A program made the position numbers and the translations under genes. Shown one piece after another: positions 45,816 to 55,550 of a DNA stretch of 64,000 bases. How positions within the stretch are numbered: position 1 is the stretch's first letter; every line of letters starts with the position of its first letter. The stretch lies in the IMG/VR virus record IMGVR_UViG_3300042880_000230. One strand, given 5' to 3'. The notes beneath the pieces were generated by a model that saw nothing but the letters and a program-made list of their open reading frames with translations, did not search any database and was not told where the DNA came from. Source of the stretch: an uncultured virus (IMG/VR IMGVR_UViG_3300042880_000230). Lineage: Duplodnaviria; Heunggongvirae; Uroviricota; Caudoviricetes.

Positions 45816-48617
45816 TTAGACCGCCACCCAGGGCGGGCGGACGGGCTGAATGTCGGGCTGCTCCTCCATCTCTGCTAGCGACTTTCCAACCGATACATCT
45901 GCCACAACCGGAACTTTCAATGTTAGGCCGAACTTCTCCTTCAGCGGCTGGTTCTGCATACACCACCGCAGCCATTGCGCGGCATCGGTCGCTACCTCTT
46001 CTCTAGCCAGCACAACGGTAGCGTCGTGGATGAACCCTAGCACTCGCATCTGGTCCGGGTCGCATCCGTTAGCGAACAGGGTCGCGCCCATAAGCCCTAG
46101 GTCGGATGCGAATCCTTGGACAGGCGAGTTAATTCCCTGCCGTTCTGCTTCCTTCCGTGTGCCTTCTTCTACGCTGTCGATGTCGGGCAGTCTGCGAAGT
46201 GCCCCGTGCAGTGACCTAACGTATTTGTGCTTGGCGACAAATGCCCGCATGTTATCGTGGTACTTTGTCAGGCCGGGGTATAACGTAAAGTAGGTTTCCC
46301 TGGCTCTTTCTGCCTGTCGGTCTGTAACGGTCACGCCGTAGGAGGTCTTGGCGTAGCTAACAAACTTCCTCCACCACATGCCGTACAAGAAGCCGAAGTT
46401 AACCGCCTTAGCCATTTGCCTTAACTCTTTCTGCTTGGGCTTACCTGCCGCTTTCCACTGGGCGTCTGTCATTCCTGCTACCCGCTGCGCCGTCATGGCG
46501 TGAATGTCGCCGCCCTCTGCGTACACCTTAATCATGTTAGTCTCGTTAGCCTGGCAGGCGGCGATCCGAAGCTCTGCCTGGCTCAAGTCGCACTCTACGA
46601 ACACCCACCCAGGAGGAGCTTTGAATATCTTGCGGAAGGCCATAGCTTCTTCGCCTCGCTTTGGGATGTTCTGTAGGTTAGGCTCTCGGCAGTTGCTGCG
46701 TCCGGTGACTGCTACGTCTAAGCCGAAAGACGGGTGGAGTGCGTCAGGGTCTATGTTCTCTAGATACCACCAGAAACCTTTCGCCGCCTCTTCGTTCAGT
46801 TCAAACACCCTAGCCTTGTCGATCCCGTAGGTTGTGCCTCGGTAGGAGAAAACTGTGCTAGGAGTTACTGCGGTGACCGCGTCTCCGAATCCGCTATCGC
46901 GTACCCTCCTCGGCCCTTCGGGTATAGCTATGTTGGACGCGGCGAACGCTTCCACGATGCGCTTGCCGTAGCCGCCTGACTTCAGGCGTGGGACTTCTAC
47001 CCACTGCTCGGAAGACTCCCGGCCCATAAAACTCTTAATGAGCGTGGCGATGGTCGAGTACTCCATGTACTTCGCCACCCACGGAATGTGAGAGAAATAC
47101 GGCAGATGGTCCTTCTTGCTAGTGCTTTCAAGTTGCTCATCTACGGCTAGCTTCCGCGTCTTCTTCGTAGCTACGATGGACTCAAGAAACATGCCGTCCT
47201 GTGCGAACAGAATATCCCTAACGAAATCGGCCCGCGAAAACTTCAACCCTTTGTCGGCGTGCCTGCGTAGAACTCCAGGCCATTTCTGCGCCGCTTCTTC
47301 TAGCAGCTCTTTCTCCATGCTGGCGCACCGTGTAGTCAGCGACTGCCCTAGCGCTTTAAGCTCTGCCTTGTCTACCGGAAGCCCGTAGCGTTCGGCATGG
47401 TTGAAAAAGACGTGCTTGATAGCTGGCATTTTCACTTCGGTGTAGACCGCGTAGTTGCGAGGATCTTTCTTGGCTTCGGCAATCAGCACCTTTGCTAGTC
47501 TCAACCCAGCGTCTACGTCTCCGCAGCCGTAACGGATCATCTTGTCATGCGGGACCAGATCCATGCGGGACTTGCCGACGTGTACCGGGTCCGCGTTGAA
47601 GGCGTCCGCGTAGCCTGCTAGGGCAGGAACCCATCGGCGGGTGCATTCGTCGAGATTCTTCTGGCGCATGTTCTCGTCTACCGTATGTGCTAGCTGGAGC
47701 GTGTCGTGACGCCAGTCTGCTATCTCAATTCCGTACTGCCGGAAATGGTGTGCGTCGAACTTAAGGTTGTGCCCGCACACCGCCACGTTAGGGTTTTCCA
47801 GCAACTCTTTGACCTGACGCTGTAGTCGGAGGAGTGTGCGGCTTGTGAGCTTAGGTAGGTGTCTAGAGCTTTCTCCTCGCAGCGCATCGTTGTTCCAGTA
47901 CTCTAGATTGAACGGGACGATGATAGCCTTGCCTTCTTCGGCGCAAAGCTGAACTGTTAGGATCGCTCTCTGGTTAAACCACTTGTAGCCTAGCGTTTCT
48001 GTATCGACTACGAGCGCTCTTGGCTGGGAGGCTACTAACTCTTCGATGTCTACAGACCACTGGTAGTCCAGAGCGCTTGCTTGTGTAGCTTCCTGCATCT
48101 CCCAGCCGCACTCTGCTAGCGTGATGACCTGCTTCAGGTCCGACTCTACGATAGGCGCGATCTGCGGACGGATAAACAGATTAGCCATACTTTGGATAGG
48201 CATCACCGGGCGCGTCCCCGTCCTGTCGAACGTGTGGAACGATCCGCGTGCTGTCGTGATCTTCATCGCTTTGCCTGCTGCCTGCCGCAGCGCCTTTGTC
48301 CCTAGCGTAACAACGCACCGAGCAGATGGGAACATTGCGACCGCCGCCGCAAACTCGCTAGCGTATTCCTCAAGATGCTGCGCTATGAGCTTTTCGTTTT
48401 CCGAGATTGCTTCCGGTATAGGAGCGCATGGGGTAACGAACGCGACACCCTCTGCCGCCGCATCGCCTAGCATCTCAAGCAGCCGTGCCTTTTGTTTTTC
48501 CGGCATGCAGACCTGCGCCGTCTGGCTTGCTACGGAAGGCGCGTCTGTGATAATGAGCAGCTTCGGAGTATCTGAGTCACTCTGCACTAGCAGTTGTCCG
48601 ACTTGAGTTGTTTTCAT
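45816..48617 (-). CDS. polA: Family A DNA polymerase with N-terminal UDG-like domain and 3'-5' exonuclease
   Basis: DTET, HNLKFD, YGCGD (exo); TGR, PNLQNIP, DLSQAELR, R..AKAVNFG.LYG, NSPVQG, IHD. Confidence 0.95.
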   Translation of the reverse strand: MKTTQVGQLLVQSDSDTPKLLIITDAPSVASQTAQVCMPEKQKARLLEMLGDAAAEGVAFVTPCAPIPEAISENEKLIAQHLEEYASEFAAAVAMFPSARCVVTLGTKALRQAAGKAMKITTARGSFHTFDRTGTRPVMPIQSMANLFIRPQIAPIVESDLKQVITLAECGWEMQEATQASALDYQWSVDIEELVASQPRALVVDTETLGYKWFNQRAILTVQLCAEEGKAIIVPFNLEYWNNDALRGESSRHLPKLTSRTLLRLQRQVKELLENPNVAVCGHNLKFDAHHFRQYGIEIADWRHDTLQLAHTVDENMRQKNLDECTRRWVPALAGYADAFNADPVHVGKSRMDLVPHDKMIRYGCGDVDAGLRLAKVLIAEAKKDPRNYAVYTEVKMPAIKHVFFNHAERYGLPVDKAELKALGQSLTTRCASMEKELLEEAAQKWPGVLRRHADKGLKFSRADFVRDILFAQDGMFLESIVATKKTRKLAVDEQLESTSKKDHLPYFSHIPWVAKYMEYSTIATLIKSFMGRESSEQWVEVPRLKSGGYGKRIVEAFAASNIAIPEGPRRVRDSGFGDAVTAVTPSTVFSYRGTTYGIDKARVFELNEEAAKGFWWYLENIDPDALHPSFGLDVAVTGRSNCREPNLQNIPKRGEEAMAFRKIFKAPPGWVFVECDLSQAELRIAACQANETNMIKVYAEGGDIHAMTAQRVAGMTDAQWKAAGKPKQKELRQMAKAVNFGFLYGMWWRKFVSYAKTSYGVTVTDRQAERARETYFTLYPGLTKYHDNMRAFVAKHKYVRSLHGALRRLPDIDSVEEGTRKEAERQGINSPVQGFASDLGLMGATLFANGCDPDQMRVLGFIHDATVVLAREEVATDAAQWLRWCMQNQPLKEKFGLTLKVPVVADVSVGKSLAEMEEQPDIQPVRPPWVAV

Positions 48618-48647
48618 AATTTGCAAGGTTTGCAGTTGTTGCTAGGG

Positions 48648-49898
48648 TTATACCATCCACTCGTTGCTGTTGTTGTCTTCCTCTTCCTCTTCCGCCGGGA
48701 GTTCATCGAATCTGATAGGCGTGAAGGATCGGCCTATGCCGATAACAGGTTGATCGCCTTCCCGGTTCTTCAGCATCTCTGCGATGATCTTGGAATGTGA
48801 GTGGGGCGGCGGTGCCGGGCGCAGGCCGACCACTACGCTAGCATCTTGCGGGATAGAGTCGGTGCCGCCGATATTGTCTAGCGACATAGCCTTGCTCGAC
48901 GCGCCGGACTGGTTCCGGTTAAACTGTACTGTAGAGATCACTGGGATATTTCGAGAGAGTGCCATGCGCTTTATGTCCCTAACGACATCGGATAGCGCCT
49001 CCCACTTCTTAACGTGTTCTGCGCCATTGCTGCGGAGCAGGTAGAGCGCGTCAATGCAGACTACTTCCGGGCCTACGTCGTCGATGATGGAAATGATGCC
49101 GTCCGTATCCTTGCTGAAGTCACCGCTAACAAGATGGATCGGTGCGTGGTTTCCGAGGTCTGCTGCTGCTGCCCGCAGGCGTTCGGTCTCATGCCAGTCC
49201 GTTGTCCCTGTCCGCATATCGTTGGGGTTTACTCCGGTCATAAGCCCTAGCCATCTGCGTACAATCTGATCCAGCCCCATCTCCATCGAAACGAACAGTA
49301 CTGATTTGCCTAGCAAGTGATTGGCGTGGGCTACACTCAGGAGCGTCCAGGACTTACCCGTGCCCGGTCTACCTACGATGAATCCTAGCTCTCCTCCGCC
49401 TAGTCCGTGCGTGGCTGCGTCAAACGTAGGCCAGCACAAGGATGCTCCGAAAAGCCCGACGTGAGTGCGTGCAGCCTCGATGTTAGCCAGGACGGTCTGC
49501 GCGTGCTGCTCCATTGTGACTGATGCGTTAGCGTTCTGCGCATGGTTTACTCCAGCCAGCATCTCGCGGAGGAGCGCCTGGATGCTGTCGATGTCGCGCG
49601 ACTGCATCGACATTGTTAGAGCGCTCATGCGGTCCCTGACAGAATTGTACGCCGCTCGCTGCGCGATGCGCCCTAGCAGAGCCTCGGGCGGCTGCTCGCT
49701 AGGAAACTCGTCCAGGCTTTTACGGTTCTGCGCGAACGCTTCAAGGTTAGGAAATACCGTGTAGGACGTAAGGTAGGCCCTAGCAAAGTCTGCGAACGGA
49801 AGCTCCTGTTCAGTAAAGTGCGTCCGAGGTGCGCGACGGAAGACGGCGGCGGACTGCCGCTGTGCGCAGGCGTAAAGGAATAGTAGTCCGGCGCTCAT
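48648..49898 (-). CDS. DnaB-like replicative helicase
   Basis: GRPGTGKS, SMEM, ID..YL, QFNR, D.I.QDA, KNREG; start at MSAGL. Confidence 0.9.
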   Translation of the reverse strand: MSAGLLFLYACAQRQSAAVFRRAPRTHFTEQELPFADFARAYLTSYTVFPNLEAFAQNRKSLDEFPSEQPPEALLGRIAQRAAYNSVRDRMSALTMSMQSRDIDSIQALLREMLAGVNHAQNANASVTMEQHAQTVLANIEAARTHVGLFGASLCWPTFDAATHGLGGGELGFIVGRPGTGKSWTLLSVAHANHLLGKSVLFVSMEMGLDQIVRRWLGLMTGVNPNDMRTGTTDWHETERLRAAAADLGNHAPIHLVSGDFSKDTDGIISIIDDVGPEVVCIDALYLLRSNGAEHVKKWEALSDVVRDIKRMALSRNIPVISTVQFNRNQSGASSKAMSLDNIGGTDSIPQDASVVVGLRPAPPPHSHSKIIAEMLKNREGDQPVIGIGRSFTPIRFDELPAEEEEEDNNSNEWMV

Positions 49899-50446
49899 TG
49901 TGGTGCTTGGATAGTGAACCCTGAGAGCGTTGTGAGGAATGAGGCTGGCCACCAGCTTGATCCTGCTAGCGGAGTCGCGCCCTGAGTCAGCAGAGCCTTC
50001 CCGCTTAGGAGCCAGCGGCGAAGGAACCATTCTAGCGAATAGGCTGCTTTCTCGTCTACTGGTAGACGCGCCTGCTGTCCGGTAAATCCTGGAATCACTA
50101 GCGCATGTCTGTCTCTAACGGCGTCCGACCATTCGACGCCCGCTCCAGCAATCATGCGGCAAGCGCTAGGGAGTGGGATGACGGCTGTAGCTATGCCTTT
50201 CGAGACTAGCGCTCTCGCAGCGATGAACACTTTGTCGATGTTAGGGACTCCGTCTCCTGCCATGTGGAGGAATCCGCCTTTCTTGAACTGCGACGCCGCA
50301 TCCGGTAGCCACTGCGACCAGCGCTCGGCATCAGCGCATCCGCAGTTCGACATTGTCAGCTTCATATTGTGGTATCTGCTAGGGATGTACGACGCTAGGA
50401 AAGCATCGCTCATCTGCTTGTTTTCGGTTGGGTCTTTTTCGTTCAC
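49895..50446 (-). CDS. Putative helicase loader (degenerate DnaC-like)
   Basis: Lies between initiator and helicase; IPSRY motif; no intact Walker A. Confidence 0.45.
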   Translation of the reverse strand: MNEKDPTENKQMSDAFLASYIPSRYHNMKLTMSNCGCADAERWSQWLPDAASQFKKGGFLHMAGDGVPNIDKVFIAARALVSKGIATAVIPLPSACRMIAGAGVEWSDAVRDRHALVIPGFTGQQARLPVDEKAAYSLEWFLRRWLLSGKALLTQGATPLAGSSWWPASFLTTLSGFTIQAPQ

Positions 50447-50468
50447 GGTGTGTGTGTCGGGTTATATG

Positions 50469-51734
50469 TTAGTCTGGGAGTGAGTCAAAATCTGGCAAGC
50501 TGTCCGGGGCGGTCTGCGTAGCACTATGCTTCGCGGACGACAAGCGGGACCATCGGCGTTTCGCGGCATCCGCATCGCGCTGCCGCTGCTGTGCGGTGGT
50601 TAGCGTATTCGCTGCCTGTACCGCCTCCCGCGCTGCCTTGCGGGTCTCCTTCGCCTGTACCGTCTGGGCGTGCTGCGCGTCAACGTGCGCCTCTGCTGCC
50701 GCCTTCGTCATGCCCTTCCGCAGCATGAGCGTCCTAACCTCACGGTCCCTGAGAGGTAGCGCCGCTAGCCGCTCGTACTCATCGCGGGCTGCGAAGGCTG
50801 CTTCAAACTTGTCAGAGAACTTGACTGTGAACCTAACAGAAGGCACAGATGGCGGAGTGTTCTGCATCCAGTGGAAAAGCTCTGCCCGCAGGATTAGCCA
50901 GTGTTCGGAGAGCCAGCGGACAAACGTGCGAGCCTTTGCTGCGTCCCTGCCGAAGGCGCGGACTAGGAAGCGGCGGAGGATAGCAGAGTCGGACTGTGTA
51001 AGCGATAGCTGGGTAGAGTCCGGGTGGAACTCGACACAGGCGTCCATCCATAGCGTGCAGCAGCCTTGCGGTGTTAAGGCGTCCTGCTTCACCTTCCGGC
51101 GGGAGGAGGTGTGCGCCATGGTTGCGTTTGCTAGGGTTTGCAATTCTTGCATTCTCGCTTCCATATCAAACTCATCCTTGTCCGTCGAAGACGGGCAGGG
51201 TGTTTTTGGTACATTTCTCTTAATGCTTTTGGTACAGTTAAGGGTAAAAGTATTTTTTACCTTTTTGGGCACTTGGGTATAAGATTCTTTTACCCCTTGA
51301 GGGTTACTAACACGTTTTGGAACTGGCAGTTTCATCGGATTCTCCGGGTTGTATTCGTAGTTGAGTGCGTATGCGTAGCGGTTCCTTACGGCCCGCTTCC
51401 GTACTAGACCCTGCTCGCAGAGGCTAGCTAGGGCTGCTGAGACCGTAGGCTGGCTGAGTCCTAGACCTGGAGCATAGCAAGCGCCGTCCTTACCGGACAC
51501 CCCGTCGATGAAGTGTCGAAGTGTTATCACCTCCCACTCCTTACCCCACGCTGCCGTCCGGTCGAAGATGAAAGCCGCGACCATGAACTGGGATACTGTT
51601 AGGGCAGGACGCCACACGCGCATAAGAACCTTCCACCACTCGCGGAATTCTAGCGGGTTTTTCAGCGCACCGTCTCCCCAATCTTCCGACAGGTTTTTGT
51701 TGACACGCTGGCGTGGTATGATAGACTTCGGCAT
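50469..51734 (-). CDS. Putative replication initiator (N-terminal winged HTH)
   Basis: FIFDRT..WGK, GLSQPTVSAALASL...GLV; internal AT-rich repeats. Confidence 0.6.
   Translation of the reverse strand: MPKSIIPRQRVNKNLSEDWGDGALKNPLEFREWWKVLMRVWRPALTVSQFMVAAFIFDRTAAWGKEWEVITLRHFIDGVSGKDGACYAPGLGLSQPTVSAALASLCEQGLVRKRAVRNRYAYALNYEYNPENPMKLPVPKRVSNPQGVKESYTQVPKKVKNTFTLNCTKSIKRNVPKTPCPSSTDKDEFDMEARMQELQTLANATMAHTSSRRKVKQDALTPQGCCTLWMDACVEFHPDSTQLSLTQSDSAILRRFLVRAFGRDAAKARTFVRWLSEHWLILRAELFHWMQNTPPSVPSVRFTVKFSDKFEAAFAARDEYERLAALPLRDREVRTLMLRKGMTKAAAEAHVDAQHAQTVQAKETRKAAREAVQAANTLTTAQQRQRDADAAKRRWSRLSSAKHSATQTAPDSLPDFDSLPD
51200..51320. promoter_or_regulatory. Candidate replication origin
   Basis: AT-rich island with two related palindromes and TTTTGGTACA x2 inside the initiator gene. 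Confidence 0.5.
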
Positions 51735-51773
51735 TGCTTGCTAGTCTCTTGGTTGGGTCTGCTTCGCAATTCT

Positions 51774-51815
51774 AGCCCGGTCTCGCACGTCCCATGCGCG
51801 ACCGGGCTTTGTTTT
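51774..51815. terminator. Hairpin / probable terminator
   Basis: AGCCCGGTC...GACCGGGCT followed by TTGTTTT on the plus strand. Confidence 0.55.
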
Positions 51816-51817
51816 GC

Positions 51818-52252
51818 CTAGCGCCTCCACCTCCTAGCCAGTGCGTCTACGAGCCGCCGGATCGGGCTAGGCTTAGGGCACTCAATCCACCGCTCGCCTC
51901 GCGCTGCTGCGGCGTTTACTACGTCTACCTCGTCCGCTACCGCCTCCTGATATTCCCGGTAGTATGCCACAGGCGACGAGTCCTGCTCGGCCCTGGCAGA
52001 CACTACGCCGTAGGCTTTAAGGTGCGCCTTGCGGAGCTTGCGGCGAGCTAGCGGCCCACGCCGGAACTGGATGAACCACCGCTGCTCCCGGTAGTCCCAT
52101 TTGATTTCGCTAACACGATCAGTCTGCGTATCGCCTAGCTGCTTGAAGTCGATACCGCCGGAGATTTGCAAGCCGTGCAATCCACCATCTGGAGATATGC
52201 GAAGGACTTGCAGCCTGTTAGGCGTCTGAGTTGGGAGGGTAGGAGAGTTCAT
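51818..52252 (-). CDS. Hypothetical protein of the AAA+/DUF1257/DUF2997 module
   Basis: I.PDG..L...ID...LG.....R.S.I.W; TAAC-ATG coupled to the DUF2997 gene. Confidence 0.6.
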   Translation of the reverse strand: MNSPTLPTQTPNRLQVLRISPDGGLHGLQISGGIDFKQLGDTQTDRVSEIKWDYREQRWFIQFRRGPLARRKLRKAHLKAYGVVSARAEQDSSPVAYYREYQEAVADEVDVVNAAAARGERWIECPKPSPIRRLVDALARRWRR

Positions 52253-52253
52253 G

Positions 52254-52448
52254 TTAGTATCCGGTAGTGGTTGCGCCGCCTGTCGCCGGGATGCAAGCCT
52301 CGGGCTTGTCCTCGTAGCCTACTGTGGTTCCGCCGCTGAGACCCTCTTCGATAGCACGGGTGGCGTCTTTGCAGGAGGCGTCGGTGAAGCCTTCGGCTTC
52401 GATCTTTACCGCCCCGTCAGGGCGAATCTTAATTGTAATCGACTTCAT
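52254..52448 (-). CDS. DUF2997-like protein
   Basis: I.I.I.PDG.V.IEAEGF....C..AT..IE..L.G.....KPE. Confidence 0.85.
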   Translation of the reverse strand: MKSITIKIRPDGAVKIEAEGFTDASCKDATRAIEEGLSGGTTVGYEDKPEACIPATGGATTTGY

Positions 52449-52450
52449 TC

Positions 52451-52480
52451 TAGTAGTTCGTTAGTAGTTCGTTAGTAGTT
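52451..52480. repeat. 11-bp tandem repeat in an intergenic region
   Basis: TAGTAGTTCGT, about 2.7 copies. Confidence 0.75.
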
Positions 52481-52941
52481 CAGACCATTGCCTTAATTGT
52501 TATGCTGCCGTCCGGTTCGGTGATGTAGTCGCTAATCATGAAGCCTTGCGACTCGGCTAGCTCTACTGCTGCGGCGGCGCTGTAGCTAACAAGGAGCTTG
52601 CCTATAGGCGACTCCGGGTTGCCTAGCAGCTTGCGGAGATGCGTGGAGCCGCCTGCGTGGTACGGCGTAGCTCCGGGGTGGGCGTCGTACTTTGCTAGGT
52701 ATCCGCCTTTGTTATCGGAGACCAGCCCGATGTCGAAGTAGCAGTCGGGAAGCCTGACAACGTAGTCGCAGACTTCGGAAGGACGCCCCTCGCGGCGTAG
52801 CTGGTCCGGGTAGTACATACGAGGCGCGGCGTTAGCTTCGAGAGAAGCCTTGATGCCTTGTTCGGCTAGCTTGCGCAGTGCGCTCTGCAAGGCGGAGATA
52901 GAACGGATAGGGACTTGATTGACTGTGCTAGTGTGTGACAT
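52480..52941 (-). CDS. DUF1257/Ycf35-like protein
   Basis: MSH, AL..AL..L, DIGL, Y.......A..QG, DGSI.I. Confidence 0.75.
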   Translation of the reverse strand: MSHTSTVNQVPIRSISALQSALRKLAEQGIKASLEANAAPRMYYPDQLRREGRPSEVCDYVVRLPDCYFDIGLVSDNKGGYLAKYDAHPGATPYHAGGSTHLRKLLGNPESPIGKLLVSYSAAAAVELAESQGFMISDYITEPDGSITIKAMV

Positions 52942-52990
52942 ATATTTCTGGTACGAGTTACTTTAATACAAGGGATTGAATTTGCAAGTG

Positions 52991-53701
52991 TTAGTTTACC
53001 CCAATTTGTCGGCGGCGCTTTGTAGGCAGAGCCACTAGAACGGCAGCGGGTCCGGCTACCGTAGGCACTCCAGGCTGTGCAGCAGGCTGGGCCGTAGGCG
53101 CTATCGTTACCTCGGTAGAGGCAGGCGCTAGGACCGTCTCGGAGAAGACGTAGTCGCACACGTCGTCGCGGTAGAGCTTGCGGTATTCTTCGCGCTGCGG
53201 CGTAACTCCTAGCGCCTCTGCCTGCTCTACGGTAAGCCGCTCCAGCGGCCCGGAGATACTAGCGTGGTCTGTCACGCAATCGACAGAACGGAGCATCCTG
53301 ACTTTAACGTCCAGCAGTGCCGCGCCATCCCGTACAAGGTAGTACCTGTTGGCGGTGATCTTAGAGATGCCTGCGCTAGATCCATTCGGAGACCAGTTGC
53401 TAGTCGTCTGCCCCATAACTTTGATAATCGTTCCGTTAGGGACGGTGTAGCTGCTAGCCTGCATATAGCCGTAGACCGTCATGTCCTGCGGCACACGCTG
53501 CTCGCCTGCGTGCATACGCTTGGCGACCGATGGGCGCTTCGCCTGGTAGCCTCGGCGCTGGATGTGTCGTGCAGTCTCGCCCGAGGCGGTGTAGATGTTG
53601 ACCTCTTTCATAGACGGGTCTGTGGGCGCGTGGAATACTAGCACTCTCGCAGATGACCGGGCCAGGTTTACGCTTCCTACGTCTAGTGAGATTATTGGCA
53701 T
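52991..53701 (-). CDS. Hypothetical protein
   Basis: 236 aa ORF between the AAA+ gene and DUF1257. Confidence 0.7.
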   Translation of the reverse strand: MPIISLDVGSVNLARSSARVLVFHAPTDPSMKEVNIYTASGETARHIQRRGYQAKRPSVAKRMHAGEQRVPQDMTVYGYMQASSYTVPNGTIIKVMGQTTSNWSPNGSSAGISKITANRYYLVRDGAALLDVKVRMLRSVDCVTDHASISGPLERLTVEQAEALGVTPQREEYRKLYRDDVCDYVFSETVLAPASTEVTIAPTAQPAAQPGVPTVAGPAAVLVALPTKRRRQIGVN

Positions 53702-53734
53702 ATTGTTAGGTGGTTGGGTCTGGTTCGTGTTCTG

Positions 53735-55399
53735 TTAGTTCATATTTCGGCGGCGGGCTGGGCCGGAGGCGTCGGCTTGCGTAGCGGCTGGCGCTTTGCG
53801 AGCAGGCTTGGACGGGTCGGGAGAAGAGGCGGGCACCGCGTTCTTGCTAGCCCACGCTTCCATCGCAGCGAAGTCTTCCGCGAAGGACTGGGAGAGCGGT
53901 TTGATAGTTTGCAATTCTTGCAAAATTGTCGCTCCGCTCACAGGTGCCCCTTTACGGAAGGCGGCGCTGACCGCACGTTGAACCGCGCTCTCAAGCTCCG
54001 CGCCGACGTAGCCAGAAGACTCTGCTGCTGCGGCTTGCAGGTCTTTGATCTTGCTAGGATCTTGCTTGGCTTTTCGCAGGTGGATGCGGAGGATTTCCAG
54101 ACGCTCGACTGTGTTAGGCGGGTTGACCCCGAAGACTTCGTCGATCCGGCCTTTGCGGACGAGAGCAGAGTCGATGCCCTCGGCGCGGTTAGCAGCGAAG
54201 CAGAAGAACGCGCCAGTTTCGTTAGTCTGCATGAAGTCCAGCAGCGTTCCGATCATGCGCCGAGTAATGCCGCCGTCGCCGCCGACCGTGTTCATGCCCA
54301 TGGTCCGGTCGATCTCGTCGGCAAACACAACGCACTCACCTAGCGCTTCGATGTCCTTGCACAGACGGCGGACGTTAGCCTCGGTCTGCCCTACGATACC
54401 GCCGAAGAGAGCGCCGATGTGGATTTTGATAGCAGGGATGCGGAAGATTGCGCCGAAGGTAGACGCTGTCAGGCTTTTACCTGTACCAGGAGGGCCGATA
54501 AGGGTGACGCCTCGCGGACGCTTTACCCCGAACGCTAGCGCTTCCGGCGTGCGGTCAACCGCCCGCGCCTGCGCCCACTCCTTTAGCAGGTCCAGCCCGC
54601 CGACGTTCTCCAGAGCCACTTCTGGCATAATCTCCAGCAGGCCAGACGCCTTGATCGTGTCCGCCTTCGCCGCCATCACCCGGCGGTTGAAGGATGTAAA
54701 TGGTATGTTAGGGATCTGGTCGCGGAAGTCGATCAAGGTAGCACATACCGCCGTCTCTGCTTCCAGGCAGGTCAGCCCTCCCGCCGACACCGCCAGCTGG
54801 CGCATCTCGTCCGCAGGGTAGGTCTGGGGCGTTCCGCGCCGCTGCTCTGCGTCGTCTGCGAATACCTTAGCGATAAGGGTCTCAAGCTCTGCTGTGTCAG
54901 GGAGTGCCATGTCGATGACTGGAATGTCGTGGGACAGTTCCTCGGGCACGTTAAAGGTTTCGGGGACCGAGAGTATGATGCGCTGGCCGGACCTAGCAGG
55001 AAGCTCCCACGCATAGTACCGCAGCAGGCTAACAATTTCCGGGTTGGGCTGCGCTCCGAGAAAAGCGTGCAGGTCCGAGAACATGCACACCGTGCGAGGG
55101 TCCATAGGTGCTGGGGACGTAACCGCGCTAACGTCTAGCACTGCTTTCAGCGCCTTGACTACGCCCGCCTCCTCCCGCTTGAAACTGCCCGTGGCGTGGT
55201 CTGCGATGCGCCAGTTCCTAGCCAAGTCCCAGCACCGGAAAGGGCGGGCACCTTGCGGGGAGCGAGCGCAGTATTCGTGCAGAGCCTGCTCGACTCTGTT
55301 AGGCTCGCGAGACCGGATCACCATAACGCCTACGGCGGAGGAGTCGTAGCGTGTAAAGGCGGCGAGGAAGTCGGAAATGGATTTGTGTTCGTCTTGCAT
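53735..55399 (-). CDS. Ycf46-like AAA+ ATPase
   Basis: Degenerate N-terminal AAA domain; VGGLDLLKEW, GPPGTGKS, DEID, AN, RKGRIDE, P..ER.EIL.IHL, GAELE. Confidence 0.88.
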   Translation of the reverse strand: MQDEHKSISDFLAAFTRYDSSAVGVMVIRSREPNRVEQALHEYCARSPQGARPFRCWDLARNWRIADHATGSFKREEAGVVKALKAVLDVSAVTSPAPMDPRTVCMFSDLHAFLGAQPNPEIVSLLRYYAWELPARSGQRIILSVPETFNVPEELSHDIPVIDMALPDTAELETLIAKVFADDAEQRRGTPQTYPADEMRQLAVSAGGLTCLEAETAVCATLIDFRDQIPNIPFTSFNRRVMAAKADTIKASGLLEIMPEVALENVGGLDLLKEWAQARAVDRTPEALAFGVKRPRGVTLIGPPGTGKSLTASTFGAIFRIPAIKIHIGALFGGIVGQTEANVRRLCKDIEALGECVVFADEIDRTMGMNTVGGDGGITRRMIGTLLDFMQTNETGAFFCFAANRAEGIDSALVRKGRIDEVFGVNPPNTVERLEILRIHLRKAKQDPSKIKDLQAAAAESSGYVGAELESAVQRAVSAAFRKGAPVSGATILQELQTIKPLSQSFAEDFAAMEAWASKNAVPASSPDPSKPARKAPAATQADASGPARRRNMN

Positions 55400-55427
55400 G
55401 TGTTAGTATGGTTGGGGTGTGGGTCTA

Positions 55428-55535
55428 CTTTACACCCGGCAAAAGATTTGCAAGCAGAGACTCAAAGAATTTTCAGAGATTGCAATTTGCAAAGATTTGC
55501 AAAGTTACGGCCTGGAAATTTGCAAGCCGTGCATT
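55428..55535 (-). promoter_or_regulatory. TTGCAA promoter variant with clustered TGCA boxes
   Basis: CCCGGCAAAAGATTTGCAAG plus five further TGCA including the exact 13-mer at 55521. Confidence 0.65.
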
Positions 55536-55550
55536 TCTCAGACCGACCCT

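Noticed and set aside
46780..47025. Intein or intron in the DNA polymerase
   Set aside because: The insertion is short and in frame, with no C/S...HN splice motifs or endonuclease motifs.
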